A DNA stretch of 32,000 nucleotides from Vibrio vulnificus CMCP6 (GCF_000039765.1 NC_004460.2:1440001-1472000), one strand, 5' to 3'. Shown: positions 8,057-18,222, numbered from the stretch's first letter. The notes: generated by a model not told the origin, from the letters alone. Translations and numbers: made by a program.

Positions 8057-8142
8057 GAGGGAGTCCGCGCAAGTCAAAAAATCGAGCGAGGATTGTACCT
8101 ATTTTGCTTAGGATTTCCATCGCTCGAGGGCATTGAGTCACA

Positions 8143-9111
8143 TCAACTTCGTGGCGTTTTGTTGCCTTTTTGCTGGTACATGGCTTTATCTGCTTGAGAA
8201 AGAAGCTCATCCAAACTGATGTTGGCATCGGGCTCGACCGAAACAATCCCCGCGCAGAAGGACAAATCATAGCCTCGGTTGGCGCTTTGGTTGTAGCGTT
8301 GCAAGGCTTCGGTAAAGCGTTGAATGGCGATTTGCGCCACAGAGCGAGACGCGCCAGACATAAACACCACAAACTCATCTCCACCCAGACGGGCAAAGAC
8401 ATCAGACTCGCGGAAGCTCTTTTTCATGGTATCGGCGAACGCTTTGAGGGCGAGGTCGCCTTCTTGGTGGCCAAATTGATCGTTGATCGGTTTAAAACCG
8501 TTGAGATCTAAATAGGCAATGGAGTAGGGGTAATCGCCCACTTCGCAATAGGCCATGCTCTTTTTCGCCAAGGTCATAAAGCCACGGCGGTTGGAAATCT
8601 GCGTCAGGTCATCAATGGAGGCGCTGTGCGTGGCGGCGAGTTCTCGCTCCGCCATCTTGGCCAGATCGATCAAATCCAAACGCTCGTCTTCGTTAAGCGT
8701 GCGCGGTTTGGTGTCGATGATGCACAATGTGCCTAAGCAGGAGCTGTGTTCAAACATCAACGGAACGCCAGCGTAAAAGCGAATGTGTGGCTCACCGGTC
8801 ACTAATGGGTTGTCGGCAAAGCGTGCATCTTGGCTGGCATCTTCCACAATCAAGGTGTCAGCGCCAAGAATGGCGTGGCCGCAAAAGGAGATATCGCGTG
8901 GCGTTTCACTGGCATTCAGTCCAAAGCAGGATTTAAACCACTGGCGATCCTCATCCACCAAACTGACCAAGGCGATCGGCACATCAAACAGCCGACGCGC
9001 GATGCGAGTGACGCGATCAAAACGTTCTTCCGCGGCGGTGTCTAAAATGTTGAGCGAATGGAGATCCGCGATGCGCTGCGGTTCGTTGTCCGGTTTTTTG
9101 GGTGTTTGCAT
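8143..9111 (-). CDS. GAF-domain diguanylate cyclase (GGDEF)
   Basis: The N-terminal GAF-like region is RIADLHSLNILDT...FCGHAIL...FYAGVPL. The C-terminal GGDEF domain has RLGGDEF, with an RESD (RxxD I-site) five residues upstream. Confidence 0.9.
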   Translation of the reverse strand: MQTPKKPDNEPQRIADLHSLNILDTAAEERFDRVTRIARRLFDVPIALVSLVDEDRQWFKSCFGLNASETPRDISFCGHAILGADTLIVEDASQDARFADNPLVTGEPHIRFYAGVPLMFEHSSCLGTLCIIDTKPRTLNEDERLDLIDLAKMAERELAATHSASIDDLTQISNRRGFMTLAKKSMAYCEVGDYPYSIAYLDLNGFKPINDQFGHQEGDLALKAFADTMKKSFRESDVFARLGGDEFVVFMSGASRSVAQIAIQRFTEALQRYNQSANRGYDLSFCAGIVSVEPDANISLDELLSQADKAMYQQKGNKTPRS

Positions 9112-9242
9112 TGAGTTGGCCAGTGAATGAGGATTGCATTAACTATAGTTCAAAGCGCCATATGGGGTTGCCAGCAAGGTCACAAAGCGAGGGAGCGAGG
9201 CGCTGGGCCTCGCTCGTTTGCCGATTATTTACTCATTTTGCT

Positions 9243-12200
9243 TCATATCTCTTGGTGTTTATGTACTAAACCAAAATCGGCCAAAATGGCGTAAGCGGCT
9301 GGGATCATAAACAACACCAACAAGGTCGAAGCAAGGATGCCAAACACAATGGAAATGACCAAAGGTTGGATAACCTGCGCTTGCAAGCTGGTTTCGGTGA
9401 GCAGCGGCAACAAACCTGCTGCGGTGGTCATGGAGGTGAGGAACACGGCGCGAAAACGCTCACGGCTCGCTTTCACCACCGAGTCGTGCACGCTGTCGCC
9501 TTCATCGACATGATGGCGAATGTATTGCACCAGTAAAATCGAGTCGTTGACCACAATCCCCGCCAGCGAAACAAAGCCCATCATGCTTGGCATGCTCAGC
9601 GAATGGCCAAGCAGAATGTGCCCCCAAACCACGCCAATAAAGGCAAGAGGAATGGCAAGCATCACCACAAAGGGTTCCAAATAGCTGCGGAACTGGTAAC
9701 TCAAAATGGCGAACACCCCGAACAAGCCGAGCAAAAAGCCTTTGCCCATTGAAGAGCCTGTCTCGGCGGTGTCTTTGGCTTCCCCTTCAAAATCAAAGCG
9801 TAAGCCGGGGTATTTTTGCATCAATTTCGGCGCTTCTTGCTGTTGGAACTGACGAATGATCGCGGTGGAGTTGGCTTGCGTGTTGTCTACATCGCCAAAC
9901 ACGCTGATGGTTCTTAGCCCGTCAATGCGTTGAATGCGCACGTAGTTACGCTGAAAATCGAGCGTAGCAATGGTGGCGAGCGGGATCTGGCTGCCATCGG
10001 CCATCATGATCGGGAAGTTGGCTAATTGCTGCAAATCGCCCGCTTGCACTTTATCCAGCCGTACTTCAATCGAAATATTCTCCACGCCGAGTTGGATTTC
10101 ATCGGCGGTTTGACCAAAGAAAGCCGCGCGCAGCTGGTTGGCGATCAACTGGCCGTTAATACCATACACTTCCGCGCCAGGGCGCAGTTTGACCAACACT
10201 TCTTCTTTGCCCATGCGCATGTCATCCAACACCCCATGCACACCGGCGAACTGGTTGAGGTATTGTTGAATGTCGATAGAGGCGGCTTTGAGTGCATCGA
10301 GATCATCGTGTTTGGCGCGGATCTCAATTGCGCGTCCACCCGGGCCCATGGTCGGTTGCTTAAACACCAGTGAAATTGGTGCGGCCAACTCGCCGACATC
10401 ATCACGCCATGCGGCAATAAACTCGTCAATCACCGTGTTGCGGCTTTCTGCGCCGAGCAGATCCAACCGCACGGTGGCGATGTGTGGGCCCGATTCGTTA
10501 GCATCGGCATTGGCATTAAATTGGCTGGTGATATGGCGCACCAAAGGCGTGCCGTTTTCCTTCTCTTTACTCCACTGGCGATCCAGCTTTTGCGCAGAGG
10601 CGACGATTTTATCAACCACGGCTTCGGTTTGCGCCAAAGAGGCACCGGGCGGCAAAATGATGCGCGCCTCGGCGATATCGCCATCAAGCTCTGGGAAGGG
10701 CTGGAATTTCAATAGCCCGCCCGCCAAGGTCGCGGCAGAAATCAGCAGCAGCGCTAACACGCCACCCATAAAGGCGTAGCGAAATTCCACCACTTTTTCC
10801 ACGGCATTGACCAAGGTGGTATTGCGAAAATGCTCAAAGTGTTCGAGTAAGGTTTGCTTGAATTTGAGGTCCGGTTTTTCCTGTTTTTGCTTGTGCAGGG
10901 AATGCGCCAAATGGTTGGGCAGAATGAGGAAAGCTTCCACTAAGCTTAAGGTGAGCACCAAAATCAGCACTTGTGGCACCGCTTTGAGTACCGCCCCCAT
11001 TTCTCCTTGTAAAAACAACAAGCTACCAAAAATACACACGGTGGTGAGGAAGGAGGAAATCACCCCCGGCAGCACTTTGTTGACCCCTTTGATCACCGCA
11101 TCGTCGATCTTCTCTCCGCGATCAAGGTGCGCCGCAATCGACTCGGCAATCACGATGGCATCGTCCATCATGATGCCGATCGCCATCAGCAGCCCAACCA
11201 GCGACATGATGTTGATGGAGAGGCCAAGTTGCGCCATCAAAAACAGCCCGCCAAGAAAAGCCACCGGCAAACCGGCCGCCACCCAAAAGGAATAGCGCAA
11301 ACTGAAGAACAGCCACATGGTGGCAAACACCAGCACGATACCCTGCCAGCCATTTCTCACCATCATGGTGAGGCGATCCCACAAGACAGACGAGAGATCG
11401 TTGGTCATTTCCAGTTGCACGCCATCGGGGGCGATCGCCTGCTGGTCGGCAACAAATTGGGTAACGCGATCTTTGATGCGCAGGGCGTCGTCTTCTTTGT
11501 TCTTGCTGATTTTCAGCAGGGCTGAAGGGTGGCCATCAAACAGCACTTTTTGCTCATCGAGCTCGAAGCGGTCGCTGATGGTGGCAATATCGCCCAAGCG
11601 GATTAACGAACCATTGGGCCCAGAGCCCACCACTATGGTGCTGAGCTCTTGTGGCGTGACGCGACGTTCATCAAAGCGGATCAGAAAATGTTTGTCGGGC
11701 GTTTCCACATTGCCACTGGGGAGCTTGACGTTTTGGCGGCCAATTTGATCGGCAATATCGCCAACGCTTAAACCGAGCTGACGCATCGCTTGGGTATCGA
11801 GTTCGACGCGATATTGGTGATCGGAAAAGCCTGCCACGCTGACCAAAGAGACGCCATAATCTAGCTTTAACGTCCGCTTAAGCTGCTCTGCATAGGCTTT
11901 GAGTTCCGGCCATGTGGTGTCGGCGGTAATCGCCACATCCACCACGGGTTCGTTCCAATCAAGCTCCTGCACCACAGGGGATTCGATCTCTTTGGGGAAA
12001 TCGTTGATGGCGTTGATTTGCGTTTGCACATCCACCAGCATGCGGCTGATGTCCGCTTTCTCATTGAGCTTGAGGATTAAGCGTGCCGAGCCTTCAATCG
12101 CTTCACATTGGGTTTCGACAATGTTGGCAAGGCCATCCACGGCATCTTCCATGCGCACGCAAATGCTCTCTTCCACTTCTTGGGGCGACGCACCTGGATA

Positions 12201-12344
12201 GACCACCGCCGCCATAATGTAGGGCGGATCAAACTCCGGAAAGGTTTCCCGTTTGATGGTGGAGAGTGACGAAATCCCGAGGATCAGCAGCGTCAACATC
12301 AACAAGTTGGCTGCGGTCGGGTGTTTGGCGAAAAAACGAATCAT
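9243..12344 (-). CDS. RND efflux transporter, inner-membrane permease subunit (AcrB/HAE family)
   Basis: 1033 aa with a 12-TM RND layout. The N-terminus is typical (MIRFFAKHPTAANLLMLTLLILG...RETFPEF) and there are two large periplasmic loops. It overlaps the upstream MFP gene by 4 nt (ATGA). Confidence 0.9.
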   Translation of the reverse strand: MIRFFAKHPTAANLLMLTLLILGISSLSTIKRETFPEFDPPYIMAAVVYPGASPQEVEESICVRMEDAVDGLANIVETQCEAIEGSARLILKLNEKADISRMLVDVQTQINAINDFPKEIESPVVQELDWNEPVVDVAITADTTWPELKAYAEQLKRTLKLDYGVSLVSVAGFSDHQYRVELDTQAMRQLGLSVGDIADQIGRQNVKLPSGNVETPDKHFLIRFDERRVTPQELSTIVVGSGPNGSLIRLGDIATISDRFELDEQKVLFDGHPSALLKISKNKEDDALRIKDRVTQFVADQQAIAPDGVQLEMTNDLSSVLWDRLTMMVRNGWQGIVLVFATMWLFFSLRYSFWVAAGLPVAFLGGLFLMAQLGLSINIMSLVGLLMAIGIMMDDAIVIAESIAAHLDRGEKIDDAVIKGVNKVLPGVISSFLTTVCIFGSLLFLQGEMGAVLKAVPQVLILVLTLSLVEAFLILPNHLAHSLHKQKQEKPDLKFKQTLLEHFEHFRNTTLVNAVEKVVEFRYAFMGGVLALLLISAATLAGGLLKFQPFPELDGDIAEARIILPPGASLAQTEAVVDKIVASAQKLDRQWSKEKENGTPLVRHITSQFNANADANESGPHIATVRLDLLGAESRNTVIDEFIAAWRDDVGELAAPISLVFKQPTMGPGGRAIEIRAKHDDLDALKAASIDIQQYLNQFAGVHGVLDDMRMGKEEVLVKLRPGAEVYGINGQLIANQLRAAFFGQTADEIQLGVENISIEVRLDKVQAGDLQQLANFPIMMADGSQIPLATIATLDFQRNYVRIQRIDGLRTISVFGDVDNTQANSTAIIRQFQQQEAPKLMQKYPGLRFDFEGEAKDTAETGSSMGKGFLLGLFGVFAILSYQFRSYLEPFVVMLAIPLAFIGVVWGHILLGHSLSMPSMMGFVSLAGIVVNDSILLVQYIRHHVDEGDSVHDSVVKASRERFRAVFLTSMTTAAGLLPLLTETSLQAQVIQPLVISIVFGILASTLLVLFMIPAAYAILADFGLVHKHQEI

Positions 12345-13663
12345 GAGCCACTCTCCTCTGGATTCGCCTCGCTGCTGGCTTCTTTCAACTGCATGCCTTC
12401 AATCGCAGGCAATAGGTCGTTGACGATCAGTTTTTGCCCGTGGCTGAGTTCGCCATCGATCACCACTTGGTTGTCGCGGCGGAATAACACCGTGACCGGC
12501 ACGATGCGCAAGCGGTTTTGCTCATCCATCAAATAGATTTTGTTGCCATGCAGCGCACGCTCGGGGATGACCCAATTGGGGTTGGCTTGTCCTTCAATGT
12601 AAGCGCGAACAAACATGCCATTGACCAGTGGCGGCAATGAGGTTGGATTGAGCTCACGATAGTCTTGTTCTATCTCCAAAATCACCCCAGCGGTGGCTTG
12701 GTTGGCATCGACCGTTTCGCTCACCCGCGCCACTTTGGCTGGCCAACTGGCGCTTAAATTGCCGCTGCTCAGCTCAATGTAAGCTTGAATAAAGGTCATG
12801 TCCGGTTGCGGAATGCCCGATTCGTCGCGCGCGAACTCGCCCAAGCTGGCGGCGAGGGTTTGCATGTCATGAATCGAGAGCTGTGCTTCCACTTCCATCA
12901 CATCAATACCGTGCGCGGTGACCATGGTTTGCTGCTGGTTAACCACCTGATCTTGTTCGATGTCCACCTGCGCGATGCGCAGATCGTACGGCAGGGTGAT
13001 GATGGTTTTTTCCAGTGCGCGCTTGGCTTCATCCACCTTGGCGTTGTTGACCTTGATCAGTGCATCTGCCACCCGTTTTTCGTCCGGCATGAGGGCGATT
13101 TGGTTTTCAATGTCGAGCACCAATTTGCGCTGGGAAAGGGTGGTTTGTTCTTGTTGATCGACATCCGATTGTGAGTTCAGCCCTTTCTTACGCAAGTTCT
13201 GTTTGCGTTCGAGCTCTTTTTTGGCAATCGCGAGGCGGTTGGATTCGATCTTCAAACTGCTTTTGAGGTTTTGTTCTTCTTGATTGAGCTTAGCCAAAGA
13301 GGTTTGGGAAGATTTGAGGTCGGCTTGAGCTTGCACCAGTTTGAGTTGGTAATCGAGCGGGTCGATACGCAAAATTTCTGTGCCGGCTTTGAGTACTTGC
13401 CCTTTCTCTAAACGCGGGTGACGGTAGATCACCTTGCCCGAGACTTCAGCAATCGCCTTCCACTCCACTTTGGGGGCCACTTTGCCAAAACCAATCGCCA
13501 AAGGGGCAACGGCTTTGAGTTCCAGCGGCAGGGTTTCTACCAAGCGAGCGCGATCATCAGCAGGTTTCACTGGCAGTTCGGGTTTGAGTTTGACCGCCAG
13601 CACCAACACCAGCACGCCCACCGCCAATGCGGGGAAAAAGAGCCATTTTTTATTGAGGGTCAT
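12341..13663 (-). CDS. Periplasmic adaptor (membrane fusion protein, HlyD family) of the RND pump
   Basis: N-terminal TM anchor (WLFFPALAVGVLVLVLAV), barrel-sandwich/lipoyl-like segments and a long alpha-hairpin (QLKLVQAQADLKSSQTSLAKLNQEEQNL...). It is translationally coupled to the RND gene. Confidence 0.85.
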   Translation of the reverse strand: MTLNKKWLFFPALAVGVLVLVLAVKLKPELPVKPADDRARLVETLPLELKAVAPLAIGFGKVAPKVEWKAIAEVSGKVIYRHPRLEKGQVLKAGTEILRIDPLDYQLKLVQAQADLKSSQTSLAKLNQEEQNLKSSLKIESNRLAIAKKELERKQNLRKKGLNSQSDVDQQEQTTLSQRKLVLDIENQIALMPDEKRVADALIKVNNAKVDEAKRALEKTIITLPYDLRIAQVDIEQDQVVNQQQTMVTAHGIDVMEVEAQLSIHDMQTLAASLGEFARDESGIPQPDMTFIQAYIELSSGNLSASWPAKVARVSETVDANQATAGVILEIEQDYRELNPTSLPPLVNGMFVRAYIEGQANPNWVIPERALHGNKIYLMDEQNRLRIVPVTVLFRRDNQVVIDGELSHGQKLIVNDLLPAIEGMQLKEASSEANPEESGS

Positions 13664-14306
13664 GGGCTGCTCCTGAGTCCAAAAATCCGTGTTTCATCAG
13701 TTGAATATTGTGTTCAAACAAGCGGTTGAGAAAAGCTTCATTCAGTTCAATGCCGTGAATCGCCAGTAGCGCAGGGGGCGCCATAAAAGGAAACACCATC
13801 AAGCTGATAAAGGTGATGCGCGCTAATTTTGGGTCTACGCCTTGGCGCAATATGCCGCCTTCTAACAAGCGATCGAAGATCAACCCTTGCATCGGTTGGG
13901 TGATGTCGTTCATCACTTTTTCCATTAATTTGCGCTGGGTATCGGAGGGTGCCATACGCATCACTTGCGCAATCAAGCGGGGAAACTGAGGCACTTTGAC
14001 CATTTCACGGTAATAAGTGCGCATGATATCGAGCAGGTTTTTCTCTGAACTTTCGAGCACTAGGGCTTGCATCTGTTTTTGCATCGGCGCGAGGGTTTCT
14101 CGCAGCATGGTCTCGAACAGCCCTTCTTTGCTGCCAAAGTAGTAACGGATCATCGCCACATTCACGCCTGCTTTTTGCGCGACTAAGCGGGTGGAGACGT
14201 TGTTGTATTCCATCACAGTGAACAACTCGCGTGCGTGGTGAATCAGCAGTTGCCTTGTGTCGATGTTGTGCGTTGGCCGTCCTCGGCGTGGGTTGAGTTC
14301 CGTCAT
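13650..14306 (-). CDS. TetR-family transcriptional regulator, first gene of the efflux operon
   Basis: It has the TetR HTH (VSTRLVAQKAGVNVAMIRYYFGSKEGLF). Its 3' end overlaps the MFP start by 14 nt. Confidence 0.85.
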   Translation of the reverse strand: MTELNPRRGRPTHNIDTRQLLIHHARELFTVMEYNNVSTRLVAQKAGVNVAMIRYYFGSKEGLFETMLRETLAPMQKQMQALVLESSEKNLLDIMRTYYREMVKVPQFPRLIAQVMRMAPSDTQRKLMEKVMNDITQPMQGLIFDRLLEGGILRQGVDPKLARITFISLMVFPFMAPPALLAIHGIELNEAFLNRLFEHNIQLMKHGFLDSGAAHDPQ

Positions 14307-14372
14307 CAGCCGCCCTTCAAAATTAAACGTGTGATGAATTATAGGCGGCTGAGTCTGACGGTGATACGCGAA

Positions 14373-14405
14373 TAATTAATCAATATTTCATCAAGTGATT
14401 AATTA
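14373..14405. promoter_or_regulatory. Putative TetR operator: perfect 10-bp inverted repeat
   Basis: TAATTAATCA (14373-14382), 13 nt, then TGATTAATTA (14396-14405), 67-100 nt upstream of the tetR ATG (14306), in the only intergenic region ahead of the operon. Confidence 0.5.
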
Positions 14406-14429
14406 CACAAAAATAGTGTCGAATGGCGG

Positions 14430-15437
14430 TTATTTTGCAGGCGCGCCGACAGAGGCTCGGCGGATCAGCATGGGCAAAAAGAGCTTGTGCTCTTTGCGCT
14501 CAGGTACCTCACCATTGGCCAATTGTAGCGACATTTTTACCGCCTCGTTGGCCATCACCTGAATCGGATAGCGAACCGTGGTTAAGCGTGGGTAGATATA
14601 GCGTGCCACGTGGCCATCATCAAAGCCAATGAGCGACATCTCTTCAGGAATGCGAATGCCGTTTTCCAGCAACAACGAGAGGCATCCTGCGGCCATGTAG
14701 TCGTTGTATGTCGCCAGCGCGGTGATGGGGAGGTTCTTCGCCATGATGCTGATCATCGCCTGCTCGCCGCCGGTTTCGTCTGGCTCACCATATTCAATGT
14801 ATTCATCGCGGATCTCGATGCCGTTGTCGCGCAAGGCATCTTGATAGCCCGCGAGGCGATCTTTGGCGTCGTCGATGTTGTGGCTGGAACAAATATAGCC
14901 AATGTGTTTGTGACCACTGCGGATCAAAAACTCCGTCGCAAGGTAGGAACCGCGATGGTTGTCGAGCGCAATGCAGCGCGATTCGATGCCTTTCACGACC
15001 CGATTGATCACTACCATAGCGGGAATTTCGTCCGCCAGTGAGACGAGTTCTTGGTCACTCATGCCTTTGCTGTGCACCACCAAAGATTCACAACGGCTGT
15101 TGATCAACAACTCAATGGCGTTACGCTCTTTGTTGGCGTCGTGATAGCCGCTGCCAATCAACAACTGTTTGCCTTGTTCGCAGGCCACGGTGTCGATGGC
15201 TTTGACCATGGTGCCAAAAAAAGGCGCAGAGACGTCATTCACCAAAACGCCAATGGTATTGGAAGATTTGCTCACCAGTGCACGCGCGTTGGCGTTGGGA
15301 CGATAGCCCAAAGATTGCATTGCTTCTTTGACCGCGACGATTGCCGCTTCGCTGGTGTGAGGGGCGTTATTGATAACGCGTGAGGCGGTGGCTATGGATA
15401 CGCCAGCCAGTTTTGCCACGTCTTTGATGGTCGCCAT
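14430..15437 (-). CDS. galR: LacI-family galactose repressor (GalR/GalS type)
   Basis: MATIKDVAKLAGVSIATASRVINN forms the HTH. Similarity to E. coli GalS/GalR as I recall them runs along the full length (YRPNANARAL, IGVLV, RCESLVVHSK, TTVRYPI). It is adjacent to mglBAC. Confidence 0.85.
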   Translation of the reverse strand: MATIKDVAKLAGVSIATASRVINNAPHTSEAAIVAVKEAMQSLGYRPNANARALVSKSSNTIGVLVNDVSAPFFGTMVKAIDTVACEQGKQLLIGSGYHDANKERNAIELLINSRCESLVVHSKGMSDQELVSLADEIPAMVVINRVVKGIESRCIALDNHRGSYLATEFLIRSGHKHIGYICSSHNIDDAKDRLAGYQDALRDNGIEIRDEYIEYGEPDETGGEQAMISIMAKNLPITALATYNDYMAAGCLSLLLENGIRIPEEMSLIGFDDGHVARYIYPRLTTVRYPIQVMANEAVKMSLQLANGEVPERKEHKLFLPMLIRRASVGAPAK

Positions 15438-15568
15438 AAGGGATTACTTTTGTTGTTATTGTTCGTTTACGCCGCCATTTAACACCGCCCACGGTGATAA
15501 CTCAAATGGCAACCGAATAAATGTCGGATAAGCTCAAGTTTCGAGAGGATTTTTCACCGGAGTGAGTC

Positions 15569-15596
15569 AAAAAAGCCCTGCCGGTAAGGGCAGGGC
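15569..15596 (-). terminator. Rho-independent terminator after mglC
   Basis: On the minus strand: GCCCTGCC-cttacc-GGCAGGGC followed by TTTTTT. It lies 23 nt downstream of the mglC stop (15619). Confidence 0.8.
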
Positions 15597-15618
15597 GAGC
15601 GCTAGGCGCAGTTGGGGG

Positions 15619-16626
15619 TTATTTTTTGTTGGCGTATTTCATCGAATCGAGCGCGACCGCGAAGACGATGATGGAACCTTTAATAATGTATTGCCAGTAT
15701 GGGCTGACGCCGATGTAGGTCATACCGTAGTTGATGACGGTGAAGATCAACACACCCGTGACAACACCAGCAATGCTACCGACACCACCGGCAAATGAAA
15801 CGCCGCCGACCACACACGCGGCGATGGCATCGAGCTCGTATAGGAAGCCCAAGTTGTTGGTGGCACTGCCGATACGGCCAGCTTCCAACATACCGCCAAA
15901 GGCGTAAAGCACACCAGAAAGGGCATACACTTTCAACAAGGTGAGGGGGACGTTCACACCAGACACTTTGGCCGCTTCTGGGTTGCCACCCACGGCGAAA
16001 ATGTTTTTGCCAAACACGGTTTTGTTCCACAGCACCCACATAAAGACAATGGCGATGATGGCGTAGAAGGTGATGTAGGAGAAACGGAAACCACCGAGGT
16101 TGATAAAGCCTTGCGTAAAGGTGGTGAAACGCTCGTCAAAGCCCGCAATCGGAGAGGCGCCCACGGCATCGTAGTAAAGCGAGTTGATGCCGTAAACGAT
16201 GATCATAGTGCCTAATGTGGCGATAAAAGGCGTTACTTTCAGGTAAGCAACGATAACGCCGTTGACCAAACCGATGATGGCACCGATCAAGCACACGCAA
16301 ATGATCACCGCGACGATGGGCACTTCGCCAATGCCTGGGAACACTTTGTTGACGTTATCGATCGATTGCAACAAGGTGGCCGAAATCACCGCCGCCAAAC
16401 CCACTTGGCGGCCGGCGGAAAGGTCGGTGCCTTGGGTGACAATCAGGCCGGCGACACCGAGAGCAATGATGACGCGCACGGAAGATTGAGTCAGGATATT
16501 ACTTAAGTTTCTCAAGCTAAGAAACGATGGCTCTTGAATAACAATAACAGCCAGTAGAATAAGGAGAACCGCGTATATTGCGCTCTCTTTTAAATGCTTT
16601 AATGCGAAAGATTTAACAGCGTCCAT
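15619..16626 (-). CDS. mglC: Galactose/methyl-galactoside ABC transporter permease
   Basis: 335-aa polytopic permease immediately downstream of mglA. Size, order and sequence are consistent with MglC. Confidence 0.9.
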   Translation of the reverse strand: MDAVKSFALKHLKESAIYAVLLILLAVIVIQEPSFLSLRNLSNILTQSSVRVIIALGVAGLIVTQGTDLSAGRQVGLAAVISATLLQSIDNVNKVFPGIGEVPIVAVIICVCLIGAIIGLVNGVIVAYLKVTPFIATLGTMIIVYGINSLYYDAVGASPIAGFDERFTTFTQGFINLGGFRFSYITFYAIIAIVFMWVLWNKTVFGKNIFAVGGNPEAAKVSGVNVPLTLLKVYALSGVLYAFGGMLEAGRIGSATNNLGFLYELDAIAACVVGGVSFAGGVGSIAGVVTGVLIFTVINYGMTYIGVSPYWQYIIKGSIIVFAVALDSMKYANKK

Positions 16627-16636
16627 AATTCATTCC

Positions 16637-18145
16637 CTAGAGATAGCGAGAAGCCAGTTCTAATATTTCATTCTGTGAAGTTTCTTTGGTATTAACGATG
16701 CCCGCTGCGCGGCCATTACTCATGACTAATATTCGGTCTGTAATACCCAGTAATTCAGGCATTTCCGAAGAAATAATAATGATGCCTTTGTTTTTCTTGG
16801 CTAATTCGAGAATTAATTGGTAAATCTCAAACTTGGCGCCAACGTCGATCCCGCGTGTCGGTTCATCCAGCATGAGGATTTCCGGTTGCGTGAGTAGCCA
16901 GCGGCCAATGATGACTTTCTGCTGGTTACCCCCCGACAAAGAGCTGATGTGGGTTTGATGAGAGGGCGTTTTCACGCGCATGGAATCAATCACCCACTGC
17001 GTGTCACTCTTCATCTTTTTGTCGCTGAGTAGGCCCATTTGGGTTTTGTACTCATCGACGTTGGCCACCAACGCATTGAAGGTGATGTCGAGGTTGCCGT
17101 AGATGCCGGTGGAGCGACGTTCCTCGGTCACGAGGGCAAAACCGTTGTTGATCGCTTCATGCGCATCGCGGTTTTTCATCTCACGACCATGCAAGCGAAT
17201 GTGCCCTTCGCTGCGTTCGCGTACACCGAAAATCGTTTCGACGATGTCGGTTCTGCGTGAACCCACAAGGCCCGCAACGCCTAAGATTTCGCCCGCTTTC
17301 AGTTCAAACGACACATCTTGAATCGACGGTTGGTTGAGCGCGGTGAGGTTTTCCACTTCCAAAATCACATCTTTCGGTGTGTTGGTTTTTTCAGGGAAGC
17401 GATGCGTTAATTCGCGACCAACCATCATGGCGATGATCTGGTCCATATCGAGCCCTTTGAGAGGGCGAGTGTCGACCCATTGTCCATCGCGCAAAATGGT
17501 GATTTCATCGCAGATAGCAAAGATTTCTTCCATCTTGTGCGAGATGTACACCACGCCACAGCCTTTCTCTTTCAGCTTGTTGATGATGGTAAACAGGTGG
17601 CTGACTTCTTTTTCCGTCAGCGATGAGGTGGGTTCATCCATGATGACGATTTTGGCGTCATAGGAGAACGCTTTGGCGATCTCAACCATCTGCATTTGTG
17701 ACACGGATAAGGTCGCGACTTTGACTTTAGGATCGATATCGATATCCAGTTCGGCAAAGATTGCTTTGGTATCGCGATACATTTTATCGTGATCAACAAA
17801 GAACCCTTTCTTTGGGTAACGACCGAGCCAAATATTATCCATGACGGAGCATTGTTTTACTTGGTTCAATTCTTGGTGAACCATAGAAACACCGGATTCC
17901 AATGCTTCTTTTGATGAGGTGAAATTCACTTCCTTACCGAGAAAGAGAATATTTCCTTCATTCTTCTCGTAAATACCGAATAGACATTTTAATAGTGTTG
18001 ATTTGCCAGCCCCATTTTCTCCCATTAATGCATGAATAGAATGAGGGCGAACGTTTAAATTAACCTTATCTAATGCCTTTACCCCAGGAAACTCTTTACT
18101 TACTCCTGTCATCTCCAACAGGAATTCATGTGTTTGATTTACCAT
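16637..18145 (-). CDS. mglA: Galactose/methyl-galactoside ABC transporter ATP-binding protein (duplicated ABC domains)
   Basis: Near-colinear with E. coli MglA as I recall it ([78 protein letters not shown]). Confidence 0.95.
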   Translation of the reverse strand: MVNQTHEFLLEMTGVSKEFPGVKALDKVNLNVRPHSIHALMGENGAGKSTLLKCLFGIYEKNEGNILFLGKEVNFTSSKEALESGVSMVHQELNQVKQCSVMDNIWLGRYPKKGFFVDHDKMYRDTKAIFAELDIDIDPKVKVATLSVSQMQMVEIAKAFSYDAKIVIMDEPTSSLTEKEVSHLFTIINKLKEKGCGVVYISHKMEEIFAICDEITILRDGQWVDTRPLKGLDMDQIIAMMVGRELTHRFPEKTNTPKDVILEVENLTALNQPSIQDVSFELKAGEILGVAGLVGSRRTDIVETIFGVRERSEGHIRLHGREMKNRDAHEAINNGFALVTEERRSTGIYGNLDITFNALVANVDEYKTQMGLLSDKKMKSDTQWVIDSMRVKTPSHQTHISSLSGGNQQKVIIGRWLLTQPEILMLDEPTRGIDVGAKFEIYQLILELAKKNKGIIIISSEMPELLGITDRILVMSNGRAAGIVNTKETSQNEILELASRYL

Positions 18146-18222
18146 GGTCTCTCTTTATTTCGTCAATGGGCGGACAACAGAAATGTTCTCTAACGACAGT
18201 GTGACAATGAAGAAAGCGCATA

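Noticed and set aside
9243-12344. Many 60-170-aa ORFs in the six-frame track lie inside or antisense to long genes. Examples are 10270-10779(+), 10807-11295(+) and 11127-11525(+) in the RND gene; 7355-7750(+) in rluA-like; 20100-20558(+) in lacZ; and 26207-26626(-) in the alpha-galactosidase gene.
   Set aside because: They are fully nested in strongly supported genes, have biased low-complexity translations (His/Arg/Ser-rich) and no RBS. These are typical shadow ORFs.
15463-15476. A possible autoregulatory GalR half-site (GTAAACG on the minus strand) upstream of the repressor gene.
   Set aside because: The second half of the palindrome is absent.
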